From Coraliomargarita sp. (GTDB lineage Bacteria; Verrucomicrobiota; Verrucomicrobiia; Opitutales; Coraliomargaritaceae): a stretch of 64,000 nucleotides of DNA. This document shows positions 63,900 through 64,000 of the stretch, in pieces. The stretch is from the NCBI GenBank assembly GCA_965216325.1, contig OZ244160.1, positions 1,696,001 to 1,760,000 on the forward strand, in the 5' to 3' direction. Position 1 is the first letter of the stretch, and every line of letters begins with the position of its first letter. The notes under the pieces are model-generated. The model had not been told where the DNA came from and searched no databases. It was given only the letters and a program-made list of their open reading frames with translations. A program made the position numbers and the translations under genes.

Positions 63900-64000
63900 A
63901 TGACTTGGGAAATTTTTCAAAACGGCGAGTGGTTGCCCTTCGTCTTCGCCTTCCTGATCGGACTCTCCATGCTGCTCTACGCGGTGCTCGATGGCTACGA
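63900..64000 (+). CDS. cydB: Cytochrome bd oxidase subunit II (5' fragment; runs off the window end)
   Basis: MTWEIFQNGEWLPFVFAFLIGLSMLLYAVLDGY matches the CydB Y..LDG(Y/F)D motif; follows cydA. Confidence 0.88.
   Translation, partial: MTWEIFQNGEWLPFVFAFLIGLSMLLYAVLDGY

Overview
A 64-kb, gene-dense bacterial chromosomal segment. Gene content and style (Verru/Chthon-type PilX-like protein, exosortase system, PVC-type C-terminal domains) suggest Verrucomicrobiota/Opitutae; this is inference. The backbone is housekeeping: nadB (partial), panC, dapL, ppnP, DEAD-box helicase, gluQ, mscS, tRNA-Pro(GGG), folE2, pyk, lnt, secA, cobQ, lemA, rmuC, cydA and partial cydB. Accessory or unusual parts: (i) a four-gene cluster at 6976-11386 with a membrane-domain-less FtsK motor, a helical-repeat protein and two paralogous small coiled-coil proteins, my best candidate for an undescribed system; (ii) an Abi_2/AbiF-type HEPN gene between secA and lnt with a structured upstream leader; (iii) a His-rich RAPP-motif leader ORF before a ZnuD-like TonB receptor and a Fur/Zur regulator; (iv) sbtA-sbtB-carbonic anhydrase; (v) an exosortase with a dedicated substrate carrying a variant sorting motif; (vi) tandem tRNA-linked repeats; (vii) many REP/REPIN families and a truncated RAYT transposase; (viii) an AT-richer AraC/secreted-protein islet. 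No CRISPR array, integrase or rRNA was seen. All family assignments come from motif recognition by eye, not database searches.
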